DNA of 56,744 nt from Candidatus Saccharimonadaceae bacterium (lineage in GTDB: Bacteria > Patescibacteriota > Saccharimonadia > Saccharimonadales > Saccharimonadaceae): contig JBDHUL010000001.1 in the NCBI GenBank assembly GCA_039812985.1, positions 1-56,744 on the forward strand, in the 5' to 3' direction. A model generated the notes under the pieces. That model was not told the origin of the DNA. It searched no databases and was given only the letters and a program-made list of their open reading frames with translations. Position numbers and translations under genes: made by a program. Positions 38,269 to 47,661 of this stretch are shown one piece after another; within the stretch, counting starts at the first letter, position 1, and every line of letters starts with the position of its first letter.

Positions 38269-39419
38269 AATCCTCGCTCCTTCGCTATTGCCTCCGCAAT
38301 ACGGCCAGCAACATACGGAATATCCTCTAGCTTATTGAGATGTCCCAGTGTCAAACGTAAGCTACCATCCGCCTCGGCTGGTGACATACCGACCGCTTCA
38401 AGGCTCAGCGAGCGTGTTTGCTTGTTGGCGGCACATGCCGCGCCCGTGGCACAGTAGATACCCTCATCACTCAGTCGAAAAACAACCCGCTCGGCGTCTA
38501 GGCCGGCTAGGTGAATATGAATATGTCCAGGGAGGTGCTTTTTCGGATGCCCGTCAACAACCATGTCTGGTACTGCAGCGGACAGTCGTCCTATAAGCTC
38601 GGTGCGCATCACCGCCAACCTCTCGTTTTCACTATGACGGGCGCCCTGAACAAGTTCGAACGCCGTCGCTATACCAGCTGCTCCAGCAACATTTTCTGTA
38701 CCGCTACGTAGTCCTCGTTCCTGTCCACCACCACTGAGGAACGGCCGTAAACGCACCTGCGACCCAAGCCAAAGCAATCCAACCTGTTTTGGGCCATAGC
38801 ATTTAGCAGCATTGAGTGTCAGCATATCAACCCCTAACCGTGAGACTTTCATGTCTAACGATATTGCCGCCTGCGACCCATCGCTATGCAGATACAGCGG
38901 TGTCACCACTCCGCGCGTCCGCCGGTCGTTCCGAATACGTTCTAGGCGTCGTGCTATCTCAGCCACTGGCTGCACTGTACCAAATTCGTTATCCGCAAGC
39001 GCTACGCTCACCACAACCGTTTCGTCATTAACCGCTGCCGCAACCGCCTCAGGCGTGACATACCCTCGTCCATCGACGTGTGCCACCGTAAAAGCATATG
39101 ACGCAACAGCTGCTTGCACAGCCGCATGCTCCACCGCGCTCACAACCGCATGACCACCACCGGCTAACACACCGCCGAGTGCTATGTGCACCGACTCTGT
39201 TGCGCCGGCTGTAAACACTATTTCGTAGGGCTTCGCGCCCAGTATTCGCGAGCATGTGACACGGGCGTTCTCAAGCGCCTGACGCGCCATCCGTCCGCCT
39301 TCGTATCCGGCCGACGGATTATAAAACGTCTCAGCCCAAAACGGCGCCATGGCAGCAATCACCCGTTCATCACAAGGTGTTGCGGCCGCATGGTCAAGGT
39401 AATATGTTCGCTCACCCAT
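38265..39419 (-). CDS. Cysteine desulfurase (class V aminotransferase, NifS/IscS/YrvO-like)
   Basis: 384 aa. YLDHAAATP start, PLP-lysine region LNAAKCYGPKQVG, catalytic Cys loop ATGAACAA. Confidence 0.85.
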   Translation of the reverse strand: MGERTYYLDHAAATPCDERVIAAMAPFWAETFYNPSAGYEGGRMARQALENARVTCSRILGAKPYEIVFTAGATESVHIALGGVLAGGGHAVVSAVEHAAVQAAVASYAFTVAHVDGRGYVTPEAVAAAVNDETVVVSVALADNEFGTVQPVAEIARRLERIRNDRRTRGVVTPLYLHSDGSQAAISLDMKVSRLGVDMLTLNAAKCYGPKQVGLLWLGSQVRLRPFLSGGGQERGLRSGTENVAGAAGIATAFELVQGARHSENERLAVMRTELIGRLSAAVPDMVVDGHPKKHLPGHIHIHLAGLDAERVVFRLSDEGIYCATGAACAANKQTRSLSLEAVGMSPAEADGSLRLTLGHLNKLEDIPYVAGRIAEAIAKERGL

Positions 39420-39422
39420 GCG

Positions 39423-40406
39423 TTACATTGTAGCAGGTGAAGCTGTTTCCAGCGGCTGAGCCGTTGCCGGATCAAGCCCATACACTTCCTCCATGCAACA
39501 TTCGTAGTACATCTGCATTGCCGTAGCGAGATTGTGTAGCTCATGCCTGTCATCGAGATAGGTGTATTTGACGACTTTACCGTGCTCTGAGATAACCTTC
39601 AGTATGCCGCCTTGCTGTATTTCATACCGTATCATGGTGCTATAGGGCTTGTTGTCAAGGTCTCGACCCTCTTCGCGCCAGACAACAGTTGTGCCATCGA
39701 ACACGAAAAAATCACGATGTTTGTCGGCCGGGTACGGGCCGAACAGTTGAGCACCGATTTTATTTTCTGCCTCGATACACTCACGAACCGATATTGGGCG
39801 CTTTTCATTCTTCTTAGCACTTCCAAGAAGCAGGTGCATACCCCTACCTATCCACGATTGTTTCAATTTTTCGTTTGTCCTATCATCATGCGCCGGTAGG
39901 CCAGAATAATGCATCGCATGCGAGACGGCAACGTAATGCTCAATGGCCTGAATATCTTTTTGCGCATCCATATCGGAGAGCTCGGGCTGTTGGCTCATGT
40001 GCTCGCCGCGGTCAGTGCGTGATGGTGATTCTTCAGCTCGCGTAACGGCCGCCCCCTGTTGCCGCTCGTCATAAGTTGGCTCGTGGTACACAGTTGGCAC
40101 GCTCTCGAGTCCCTCCGGAGAGTCTGGGGTTTGGTCATTATTTTGACTACTATTAAGCCAGCCAGAATCTCCCGGAAGCTGTTCATAGAGGTTAATTGTC
40201 TTGTCAGCGTCAGATTGCCGCTGGGCAGTTACCTCAGAATGCTGCGCCGCGTGCGCAAAGGCTGCGTCGCTGAGGTCTTTTATATTAATACCCTGCACCT
40301 GTTTCGAAAAATAATCGTCCACCTCGCGTTGAGACTTTCTTCCGGCCGTAAATATACCAGTGCTTCCCGTATATATACCAGTGCTTTGCTCGTTATTAGT
40401 GTTCAT
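39423..40406 (-). CDS. Hypothetical protein (disordered acidic N-half, structured C-terminal domain of about 130 aa)
   Basis: 327 aa. No TM and no recognised motif. Sits 3 nt downstream of the cysteine desulfurase gene on the same strand. Confidence 0.45.
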   Translation of the reverse strand: MNTNNEQSTGIYTGSTGIFTAGRKSQREVDDYFSKQVQGINIKDLSDAAFAHAAQHSEVTAQRQSDADKTINLYEQLPGDSGWLNSSQNNDQTPDSPEGLESVPTVYHEPTYDERQQGAAVTRAEESPSRTDRGEHMSQQPELSDMDAQKDIQAIEHYVAVSHAMHYSGLPAHDDRTNEKLKQSWIGRGMHLLLGSAKKNEKRPISVRECIEAENKIGAQLFGPYPADKHRDFFVFDGTTVVWREEGRDLDNKPYSTMIRYEIQQGGILKVISEHGKVVKYTYLDDRHELHNLATAMQMYYECCMEEVYGLDPATAQPLETASPATM

Positions 40407-40457
40407 GAAACTATCTCCACCCTCAGTTGTTGGATGTTGACGGTTAGAACTTTTTGT

Positions 40458-41219
40458 TTAGAAAAATAGTCGGTTTACGTTCTGCTCGGTCGCTCGTGAG
40501 AGTGCTTCGACGGATACGCCTCGAAGTTCTGCCACGAATGACGCTATGAGCGGCACATTCTCCGGCTCGTTTATCTTACCACGGTTTGGTACTGGTGTCA
40601 AGAATGGTGCGTCTGTTTCCAGCAGCAGCTTCTCGAGAGGAATTGTTCGCGTCACGTCATCACGGTCACGGGCAAATGTGGCAATACCGTTCACCCCAAC
40701 ATACAGCCCTGCCGAAAGCCCTTTTTCCATGTTCGGTATATTGTCCGTAAAGCTATGTAATACCCCCCTCACCCCTGTAAAGTTGTTGAGAACTGACCAA
40801 AAGTCATCAAAAGCCTCCCGAACATGAAATGCAAGCGGGAGCCCAAGCGACAATGCAAGGTCTATATGCTTCTCGAGTAACTCCAGCTGGAGCTGTCGTG
40901 GGCTGTTCATGTAGTAGTAGTCGAGTCCGACTTCGCCAATTGCCACTATCTTTTCGGTGACATGTTCAACGCACCACTGCCGAAACTCGTCAAACAGCGA
41001 CAGAAGATGCGTTGCATCGTGCGGGTGAATACCAACTGTCGCAAACACACCCTCGCGTCCATAGCTAAAGTTGAGTGCTTGCTTCGAGCTGTTAATGCTC
41101 GTACCGACACACAATAACCGTTTTACCTCTGCTGCCTGGGCACGTTCATACTCAGGCTGTCCGCCTGCGGGAAAAAACTCTGGATCATGGATGTGGCAGT
41201 GGGTATCGGTATAGGTCAT
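40458..41219 (-). CDS. tatD: TatD-family metal-dependent hydrolase/DNase
   Basis: 253 aa. DTHCH start, GE.GLDY, H.R.A, LHSF and ETD.PFL motifs. Overlaps metG by 4 nt. Confidence 0.9.
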   Translation of the reverse strand: MTYTDTHCHIHDPEFFPAGGQPEYERAQAAEVKRLLCVGTSINSSKQALNFSYGREGVFATVGIHPHDATHLLSLFDEFRQWCVEHVTEKIVAIGEVGLDYYYMNSPRQLQLELLEKHIDLALSLGLPLAFHVREAFDDFWSVLNNFTGVRGVLHSFTDNIPNMEKGLSAGLYVGVNGIATFARDRDDVTRTIPLEKLLLETDAPFLTPVPNRGKINEPENVPLIASFVAELRGVSVEALSRATEQNVNRLFF

Positions 41220-42694
41220 ACAGCTGGTTCAGCAGCGTGGCGTGATTTTCGGGGGAACATCGCCTCTGGCTGAGCCCGCACCACACCGTCTTTAAACGTC
41301 TCGAGGATCGTCGTCGATGCCATTGGTAAAAACGGCGCCAATAGATAAGCGATCTGATTGAGAGAACCGACGCTATGAGCGAGTACCTCTCCGAGGTGCT
41401 TTTCAGCCTCAGAATCCTTGCCCAGTTGCTTGGCAATCTCCCAAGGCTTGACGTTTTCAAGGTACTGATTGAGGGCGCGCACCATTACCCACAGTTCGTC
41501 GAACGCTTTATTGAATTCAAAACTATCCATAGCCTCGCGATAAGCCGTCGAATCATGTTCGGCCTGCAAGCCATCACCCACCACACCCGCCTGATAGTTG
41601 AGCACCATTCTCGCGACGCGCGAAACAAGGTTGCCGAGGTCATTGGCGAGTTCGCCGTTATAGGCAGCGTCAAATTTTTCCCACGTAAAATCGCCGTCAT
41701 CGAGCGTTGGAACATGACGCGAAAAATAGTAGCGGAAGGCGTCCAACCCGTAGTCATCGATGATGCCGTTCGGGTCAATGACGTTGCCAAGCGACTTACT
41801 CATCTTTGTGCCGCCGGAAACGACGTGACCATGCACAAGTAGCCGTTTTGGCAGCGGCAGGTCAAGCGCCATGAGCATCGCCGGCCATATTGCGGCGTGA
41901 AACCGTAGAATATCTTTGCCAATCACCTGTACATCGGCTGGCCAATAGTTCTGCCAGTTGGGGTTGTCAGGGTAGCCAAGCACAGTCAGATAGTTCGAAA
42001 GCGCATCAATCCATACGTACACTACCTGCGACGGGTCGTTCGGTACCGGTATTCCCCAGCTGAGATTTTTTTTCGGACGCGACACACTCACGTCCTGCAA
42101 TCCGCTATCGAGCAGAGCCATGAATTCCTTTTTCCGAAACTCGGGGACGATAGTAAGCCGATGTGACTCAAGCGCACTTTTTATCTTATCCCCAAATGCA
42201 CTCAACTTGAAGTAATAATTTTCTTCGCTCAGACGCTGATAGGGCTGGTTGTGGTCAGGGCAGACGCCATTGTTGTCAGCGGCCTCTTTTTCAGTCACAA
42301 AACTCTCGCACCCCACACAGTACCATCCTTCATACGTCCCTTTATAGATATAAGGTTGGAGTTTTTCCCATATGAACTGTACGGCAGCCTCGTGGTGCAC
42401 GTCAGTTGTCCGAATAAAGTCCGAGTACTCAACGCCCAATTTCTTAATAAAGCGCTCGTACAACTCTGCCATAGCGTCGGTGAAAGCTTTGGGCTCTTGT
42501 CCATTTTCAGCGGCTTTAGCGGCTATTTTGTTGCCATGCTCATCGGTACCTACCTGAAATCGAACGGTTTTGCCTTGGGCGCGCTGGTATCGTGCCCAGA
42601 TATCGGCGAGCAGATAATCCATTGCGTGTCCAATATGCGGCGGCCCATTGACGTAGGGGATTGCGGTGCAGATGTAGAGGGTATTTTTCGTCAT
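41216..42694 (-). CDS. metG: Methionine--tRNA ligase (short form)
   Basis: 492 aa. HIGH variant PHIGHA and KMSKS present. Confidence 0.96.
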   Translation of the reverse strand: MTKNTLYICTAIPYVNGPPHIGHAMDYLLADIWARYQRAQGKTVRFQVGTDEHGNKIAAKAAENGQEPKAFTDAMAELYERFIKKLGVEYSDFIRTTDVHHEAAVQFIWEKLQPYIYKGTYEGWYCVGCESFVTEKEAADNNGVCPDHNQPYQRLSEENYYFKLSAFGDKIKSALESHRLTIVPEFRKKEFMALLDSGLQDVSVSRPKKNLSWGIPVPNDPSQVVYVWIDALSNYLTVLGYPDNPNWQNYWPADVQVIGKDILRFHAAIWPAMLMALDLPLPKRLLVHGHVVSGGTKMSKSLGNVIDPNGIIDDYGLDAFRYYFSRHVPTLDDGDFTWEKFDAAYNGELANDLGNLVSRVARMVLNYQAGVVGDGLQAEHDSTAYREAMDSFEFNKAFDELWVMVRALNQYLENVKPWEIAKQLGKDSEAEKHLGEVLAHSVGSLNQIAYLLAPFLPMASTTILETFKDGVVRAQPEAMFPRKSRHAAEPAV

Positions 42695-42715
42695 TGTCCA
42701 CCAGTATAACAGAGA

Positions 42716-43450
42716 CTATGTCATCATGGCGAGCACCGCAATCCGCCCGCCAACATCACCCGACGAATGAGAAAAATATTGGTTATTGGTGACAGTATCG
42801 ACATACGACACGGTGATATTATGGGACAATACACCTGCCGCAATCAGTCGCCGCTGGTTGTAGCCAGCAAGATCGAGATAATACCCGCTCCCGTGCCTAG
42901 CATACAAACCGCTCCATGTTGGGTCATCCTGTCGGTCAAACCATGCAAGCGAATATGACGCTGGGCCGGCGTGCGGACTCATCCAGACAATCACGTCTTC
43001 GGATCGGGATCCTTTCTCTGAAAAATACCTTGTCGCACACGTGGGCAAATCTGCATACGTGCTGTGGCGCCCCAAATGTAACATCGCGAGATACCGGCGC
43101 TTTGGGTCGTACATAATCGTCGCAACACAGTCGGCGACCGGTAAAAACAGGCCCACACCGGGCCGGTCAGTAAATAACATATCAGCCGCCACCCCAGGTG
43201 TATGCTTTGATGCATCATCGGGCACTACCTCAGTTACTACGGTATATGTTTGGTCACTCCCATACTGCACTTTCTGGTAAACACACTGCTCGTAACCAAC
43301 CCCAACCTGCCGGCAAAACGCTAAACGGTTTCGAACAACTGCTTCAGCGTGAAAGTCTTGGGTGCGGTCGAGCATCGTCCCATCATCTTTCGACGATACC
43401 GCCGTCCTTAAGCCTCGTGGAAAGCAGGTGGGCTGATCAGCGTGAACCAT
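42716..43450 (-). CDS. pgeF: YfiH/PgeF (DUF152, Cu-oxidase_4) family protein
   Basis: 244 aa. ..ADC....YD......A..H.G... core and C-terminal ..SS.......F.S typical of DUF152. Confidence 0.75.
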   Translation of the reverse strand: MVHADQPTCFPRGLRTAVSSKDDGTMLDRTQDFHAEAVVRNRLAFCRQVGVGYEQCVYQKVQYGSDQTYTVVTEVVPDDASKHTPGVAADMLFTDRPGVGLFLPVADCVATIMYDPKRRYLAMLHLGRHSTYADLPTCATRYFSEKGSRSEDVIVWMSPHAGPASYSLAWFDRQDDPTWSGLYARHGSGYYLDLAGYNQRRLIAAGVLSHNITVSYVDTVTNNQYFSHSSGDVGGRIAVLAMMT

Positions 43451-44210
43451 AAAGTCTTGCGAGCACTACCCACGACCCAACTGGAACATCGGCCGCACGT
43501 TCGTCGGCTGCGATATCAGCCTGGCGACAGAGAGATTCGGCATCATCTTTCGCCAGCCCTAGTCCGCCGGCAAGGGCGGTTTTTAGTTTCTTACGGGGCG
43601 TCGAAAATCCTGCATCAATCACTCGCCAAACATCCTTTTGATTTGTTTCTACATATTTGTCCACGTGTTTTTTTGTGCATATAACTACTTGACTATCGAC
43701 ATTTGGTGGCGGAGTAAAATACTCTTTTGGAACACGTGTACCACAAAGTATGTCGTAGTGTAACTGCGTTTTAACTGCAACGGGCGTCAGCTTTCCGGGC
43801 CCAGCTGCTAGTTTATCGGCCACTTCTTGCTGAACAAGCAACGCCATAGCAGCCGGCTGATTGAAGGATCGAAGCATATGTTCAAGTATTTTTTGGGTAA
43901 TATAGTATGGCACATTTGCCACCACTTTGTACCCTTTCGGCATAGTGTTGAGGTTGTACGTCAGAATATCCGCCTGGACAACTGTCAGATTCTTGCCCGG
44001 GAACTGGCCGGGAAGCTTTCGTGCGAGAGGAGCATCGTACTCAACCGCAATAACGCGCTCCACCCTGCCAAGCAATACACTGGTCAGTGTTCCGAGACCC
44101 GGACCAATTTCAAGTACGGTATCCTGATCGCCAAGCGGCAACGAATCGGCAATACGTTCAAGCATGCGACGATCTTTCAGCCAGTGTTGCCCCAGGGCTT
44201 TCTTGGGCAC
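43437..44210 (-). CDS. rsmA: 16S rRNA (adenine1518/1519-N6)-dimethyltransferase RsmA/KsgA
   Basis: Trimmed to GTG 44210, giving (M)PKKALGQHWL.., the canonical KsgA N-terminus, at 257 aa. SAM motif VLEIGPGLGTLT. The longer track ORF would overlap the upstream gene by 236 nt. Confidence 0.9.
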   Translation of the reverse strand: MPKKALGQHWLKDRRMLERIADSLPLGDQDTVLEIGPGLGTLTSVLLGRVERVIAVEYDAPLARKLPGQFPGKNLTVVQADILTYNLNTMPKGYKVVANVPYYITQKILEHMLRSFNQPAAMALLVQQEVADKLAAGPGKLTPVAVKTQLHYDILCGTRVPKEYFTPPPNVDSQVVICTKKHVDKYVETNQKDVWRVIDAGFSTPRKKLKTALAGGLGLAKDDAESLCRQADIAADERAADVPVGSWVVLARLYGSR

Positions 44211-44214
44211 GCGG

Positions 44215-45420
44215 CTACCACCAGTGATTTTTGATCCAGAAGGAATACGCACCCGCCCAACTACCATACCGTCCAACAGCATAGCCGTTGCACCAACGTA
44301 ACTGCGTAATTGGGTTTGTCGCCCAGTCGCTTCCGGCCGATGCCATCTTACTACCAGGCAATGCCTGACAGAGACCATAAGCACCTGAGCCGCTGTAGTT
44401 TGATTTTGTTGCGCCCCAACCAGATTCATGACTGACGATAAATTCGACATACCCGTAGTCTGAGGTGGAAATCCCGGCCGCTGCCATCCAGTCGGTGTGC
44501 GAGCCAGCCGGCATCACCACCTTTGTGCCAACTACAACAACCTGCTTAACTGGGGCTAGCGTAACAACGCTGGCAATTTCTTTACGTGAGACCTCGGCGC
44601 CGTCCTTTGTCTCTATTTCGTATGTTGCATTTCGCTTACCGTCAGCGCCCACCTCTTTAACCTCTCGCAGTCCAAGTGTTTTTTCAGCATCTTTAATTTC
44701 TTCAGTTGGACGCGTCATGACTTCTTCTTGAGTAACGGTCTGTTTACCATTTCGCCAAATACGCACATTCATCCCTGGCGAAATTGGAGCTGACAAAGCA
44801 GGTGAAACACCGTCAGCCACTCCGAGAGTAACTCCTTTTTCCTTCAAAAGCTGCTCAATCGTAGTTGCCTGAGTGCGGGCTTCAAACTGTTTGCCGTACA
44901 GCGTAAGGTTAAATACCGTCGCACGCCTCACAACAAGGCGTAGTCCCGCACCGCCCTCACTAAGTACGCTATCGACTCGCTCAAGCGCTGTAACATCTTC
45001 GTCATAGTAAGGCAACCCAGCAGCCTTCATGATGAGTCGCGGGCTTTGTTCGGCAGTAACGACTTTGAACCGTGTCGCACCATCGACAATCACCACCGGC
45101 CGTGCTCGGAAAATATTGACCTGGTAGGTTTTTGCCTCGAGTTTTTCGGTGATAGCAGGCTCCACGATGTCTTTTTGACTGGTTGCAACATCTGCCTGGG
45201 CAAGCGCATCACCGACTGTTTCGCCTTTGGTGAATACTGTTATCTCTTTTGATCCATCGTGTATCGTGACCAAACGCTGTACGGTCAAGGTTTTAGCGCT
45301 TGCTGCAAATACCTGCGGAACAAAAATAACCAGGCCGGCAAAAACGATAACTGCGAGCAAGGCAATACCATTAAGCGGCGTCAAGAAAGCGTGGTGAAAA
45401 CGACGATAGGTTAATTTCAT
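44215..45420 (-). CDS. RpfB/YabE-like cell-wall protein: TM, DUF348 repeats, G5 domain, C-terminal transglycosylase-like domain
   Basis: 401 aa. DUF348-like repeats (V.I..DG.......T...TV...L), G5 (..REVKEVGADGKRNATYEI..KDG.EVSR) and a C-terminal HESGW....N.SGSGAYGLCQ....K lytic-transglycosylase-like module. Confidence 0.75.
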   Translation of the reverse strand: MKLTYRRFHHAFLTPLNGIALLAVIVFAGLVIFVPQVFAASAKTLTVQRLVTIHDGSKEITVFTKGETVGDALAQADVATSQKDIVEPAITEKLEAKTYQVNIFRARPVVIVDGATRFKVVTAEQSPRLIMKAAGLPYYDEDVTALERVDSVLSEGGAGLRLVVRRATVFNLTLYGKQFEARTQATTIEQLLKEKGVTLGVADGVSPALSAPISPGMNVRIWRNGKQTVTQEEVMTRPTEEIKDAEKTLGLREVKEVGADGKRNATYEIETKDGAEVSRKEIASVVTLAPVKQVVVVGTKVVMPAGSHTDWMAAAGISTSDYGYVEFIVSHESGWGATKSNYSGSGAYGLCQALPGSKMASAGSDWATNPITQLRWCNGYAVGRYGSWAGAYSFWIKNHWW

Positions 45421-45456
45421 ACATCAAGTGTTTGTCTCTCGAACAAACTGGCAACC

Positions 45457-45485
45457 ATTGTACCAAATCAGCCCGGGTCATGCAA
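45457..45485 (-). promoter_or_regulatory. Promoter TTGCAT-N17-TACAAT (extended TGG) for the RpfB/YabE-like gene
   Basis: Minus-strand hexamers at 45485-45480 and 45462-45457. A short leader with the hairpin GTTTGT-N7-ACAAAC follows. Confidence 0.45.
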
Positions 45486-45492
45486 ATTGAAC

Positions 45493-47607
45493 TCATGCTT
45501 TCTCAAGAGGAGCAAATGCCGCATTAAGCGTTTTAATACCCCGAGCACCAAAGCTAATCTTGAGCATCGTTCCATCAACTGCAACTACCCTGCCCACGCC
45601 AAAAAGTTGATGCTTAACCCGGTCACCACTTGAAAAATCGACTTCTTCATCCAGCACGACCCGCGGTTCGTGCGCCGCGCCAAACGCCATCGCTTCACTT
45701 GGCGCCACCTGCGCTACCTCCATATCGTCGAGGAACCGCGATGGCGGGTTATATTGCCGTGATCCAAATGACAACCGCGAACTTGCGGTCAGCAAATAGA
45801 GTTCTTCACGAGCACGTGTCATCCCCACGTAGCAAAGACGCCGCTCCTCCTCGAGCTCAGACTGGTTGTAGAGTGCTCGAGTCTGCGGAAACAACCCCTC
45901 TTCCATACCGACCATAAACACTACTGGAAACTCCAGACCTTTTGCGGCATGCAGCGTCATGAGTGTGACAGCCGGCTTGTTCGCCATATCGTCGGCTGAA
46001 GACACAAGCGCAACTTCCTCGAGATATGTTTGTAAGTCCGTATCGGGACGGTCTTCGGCATCGCTGACGAGCTCTTTGACGTTTTCCTGACGCTCTTCGG
46101 CCCGCACAGTGCCATCATCAAGATACTCGAGATACCGGAACCGTCGTATGACCAGTTGGATGAGTCGTGCAAGTGGCACATCGGGCACTTCAGCTGCAAG
46201 ATGAGTGAGCGCATCACCAAGGTCTTTGAGCGCTGTTCGCGCCCGCGGCGTCAGATCATTACAGAGCTCAACCTGATTCATAGCCGCAACAAGCGTAAGC
46301 CCTGTCGTTTCTGCCCAAGTCAAAAAACGCTCAACGCTCACGTCGCCAAGACCGCGTGCTGGCACATTCACAACCCGACGAAAACTGGCAAGATCTGAGG
46401 GTTGATAGAGTAACCGCAAGTAGCATAGTATATCCTTGACTTCAGCTCGATCGTAAAACCGCGTGCCACCCACCATCTTGTACGGTACGCTGTAACGTAC
46501 CATGGCTTCTTCAAGCGCGCGACTCTGAGCGTTAGTACGATACAACACCGCAAAGTCCTGAAAACCCCGCATACGCGCATCAACCGCCAGCTTTATGCGA
46601 CTCACAATCGCTTCGGCCTCATGCAACTCACTTGACACGTGCACGACCTGTACGGGCATACCCCCGTCGTGGTCGGTAGTGAGTTTTTTGTCAGATCGCT
46701 GCTGGTTTTTCGTAATGACATTGTGAGCAGCGTCGAGAATAGGCTTGGTCGATCGATAGTTTTTCTCAAGCTTTATGACTGTCGCGCCCGGAAAATCTCG
46801 CTCAAAGTTGAGTATGTTTGTAAAGTCGGCTCCACGCCAGCTATATATTGACTGCCAGTCGTCCCCGACAACACAAATATTTTCGTGGTCGCCTGTGAGT
46901 AGTCTTATGAGGCGATACTGTACTTTATTGGTGTCTTGGTACTCATCGACCAATACCGCTCTAAACCGGCGCTGCCAGGTCTCGCGCACCGGCGGGACAT
47001 CACTCAGCAAACGCAATGTCTCAAGTAGCAGGTCATCAAAATCAAGACTCTGAGCATTTTTTTTCAACCGTTCATAACGAGGGAACACGTTCGCTACTAC
47101 CCGCTGCAAGGGAAGGTGCGCCGTTTCAGCATACTCGGCGGCTGACACACCTTCGTTTTTTGCACTACTTATAAGGCTACCGATAGAACGTGGTGTATAA
47201 CTTTTTTCAGAGATATTTTGCTCTTTCATCACGGCCTTGATAAACCCCAACCGGTCAGATTCATCAAGGATAACAAAGTTTTTCGGTACTCCTATATGCT
47301 CACCATCGTAACGTAACATCCGAACACATATAGAGTGAAATGTCCCCATCCAAGGCATAAAGCCACGACTGCTGGCGTCTTCGCCGAGTAGCGCCCCCAA
47401 ACGCTCACGCATTTCTTTAGCAGCTTTGTTCGTAAATGTCACCGCGAGCACCGCATGAGTAGGCACGCCGCCCTGCACAAGGTGCGCGATGCGGTGAGTA
47501 AGTGTTTTGGTCTTCCCCGAGCCTGCTCCAGCAAGCAACAGCAACGGCCCGTCGCCGTGACGTACTGCACCGGCCTGTGCTTCGTTGAGTCCCGCAAAAA
47601 CATCCAT
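45493..47607 (-). CDS. pcrA: ATP-dependent DNA helicase PcrA/UvrD
   Basis: 704 aa. SF1 motifs AGAGSGKT, VDEYQDTN, YRS, GT.H..KGLEF and VG.TRA. Confidence 0.95.
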   Translation of the reverse strand: MDVFAGLNEAQAGAVRHGDGPLLLLAGAGSGKTKTLTHRIAHLVQGGVPTHAVLAVTFTNKAAKEMRERLGALLGEDASSRGFMPWMGTFHSICVRMLRYDGEHIGVPKNFVILDESDRLGFIKAVMKEQNISEKSYTPRSIGSLISSAKNEGVSAAEYAETAHLPLQRVVANVFPRYERLKKNAQSLDFDDLLLETLRLLSDVPPVRETWQRRFRAVLVDEYQDTNKVQYRLIRLLTGDHENICVVGDDWQSIYSWRGADFTNILNFERDFPGATVIKLEKNYRSTKPILDAAHNVITKNQQRSDKKLTTDHDGGMPVQVVHVSSELHEAEAIVSRIKLAVDARMRGFQDFAVLYRTNAQSRALEEAMVRYSVPYKMVGGTRFYDRAEVKDILCYLRLLYQPSDLASFRRVVNVPARGLGDVSVERFLTWAETTGLTLVAAMNQVELCNDLTPRARTALKDLGDALTHLAAEVPDVPLARLIQLVIRRFRYLEYLDDGTVRAEERQENVKELVSDAEDRPDTDLQTYLEEVALVSSADDMANKPAVTLMTLHAAKGLEFPVVFMVGMEEGLFPQTRALYNQSELEEERRLCYVGMTRAREELYLLTASSRLSFGSRQYNPPSRFLDDMEVAQVAPSEAMAFGAAHEPRVVLDEEVDFSSGDRVKHQLFGVGRVVAVDGTMLKISFGARGIKTLNAAFAPLEKA

Positions 47608-47661
47608 AGTCGTCTTCCATTGTATACGACCCAGAGACCCAAAGTTGTTGTGTTTTTCTCG

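Noticed and set aside
44211-44450. 80-codon N-terminal extension of rsmA
   Set aside because: It would overlap the C-terminal transglycosylase-like domain of the upstream gene by 236 nt. GTG 44210 yields the canonical KsgA N-terminus (M)PKKALGQHWL.
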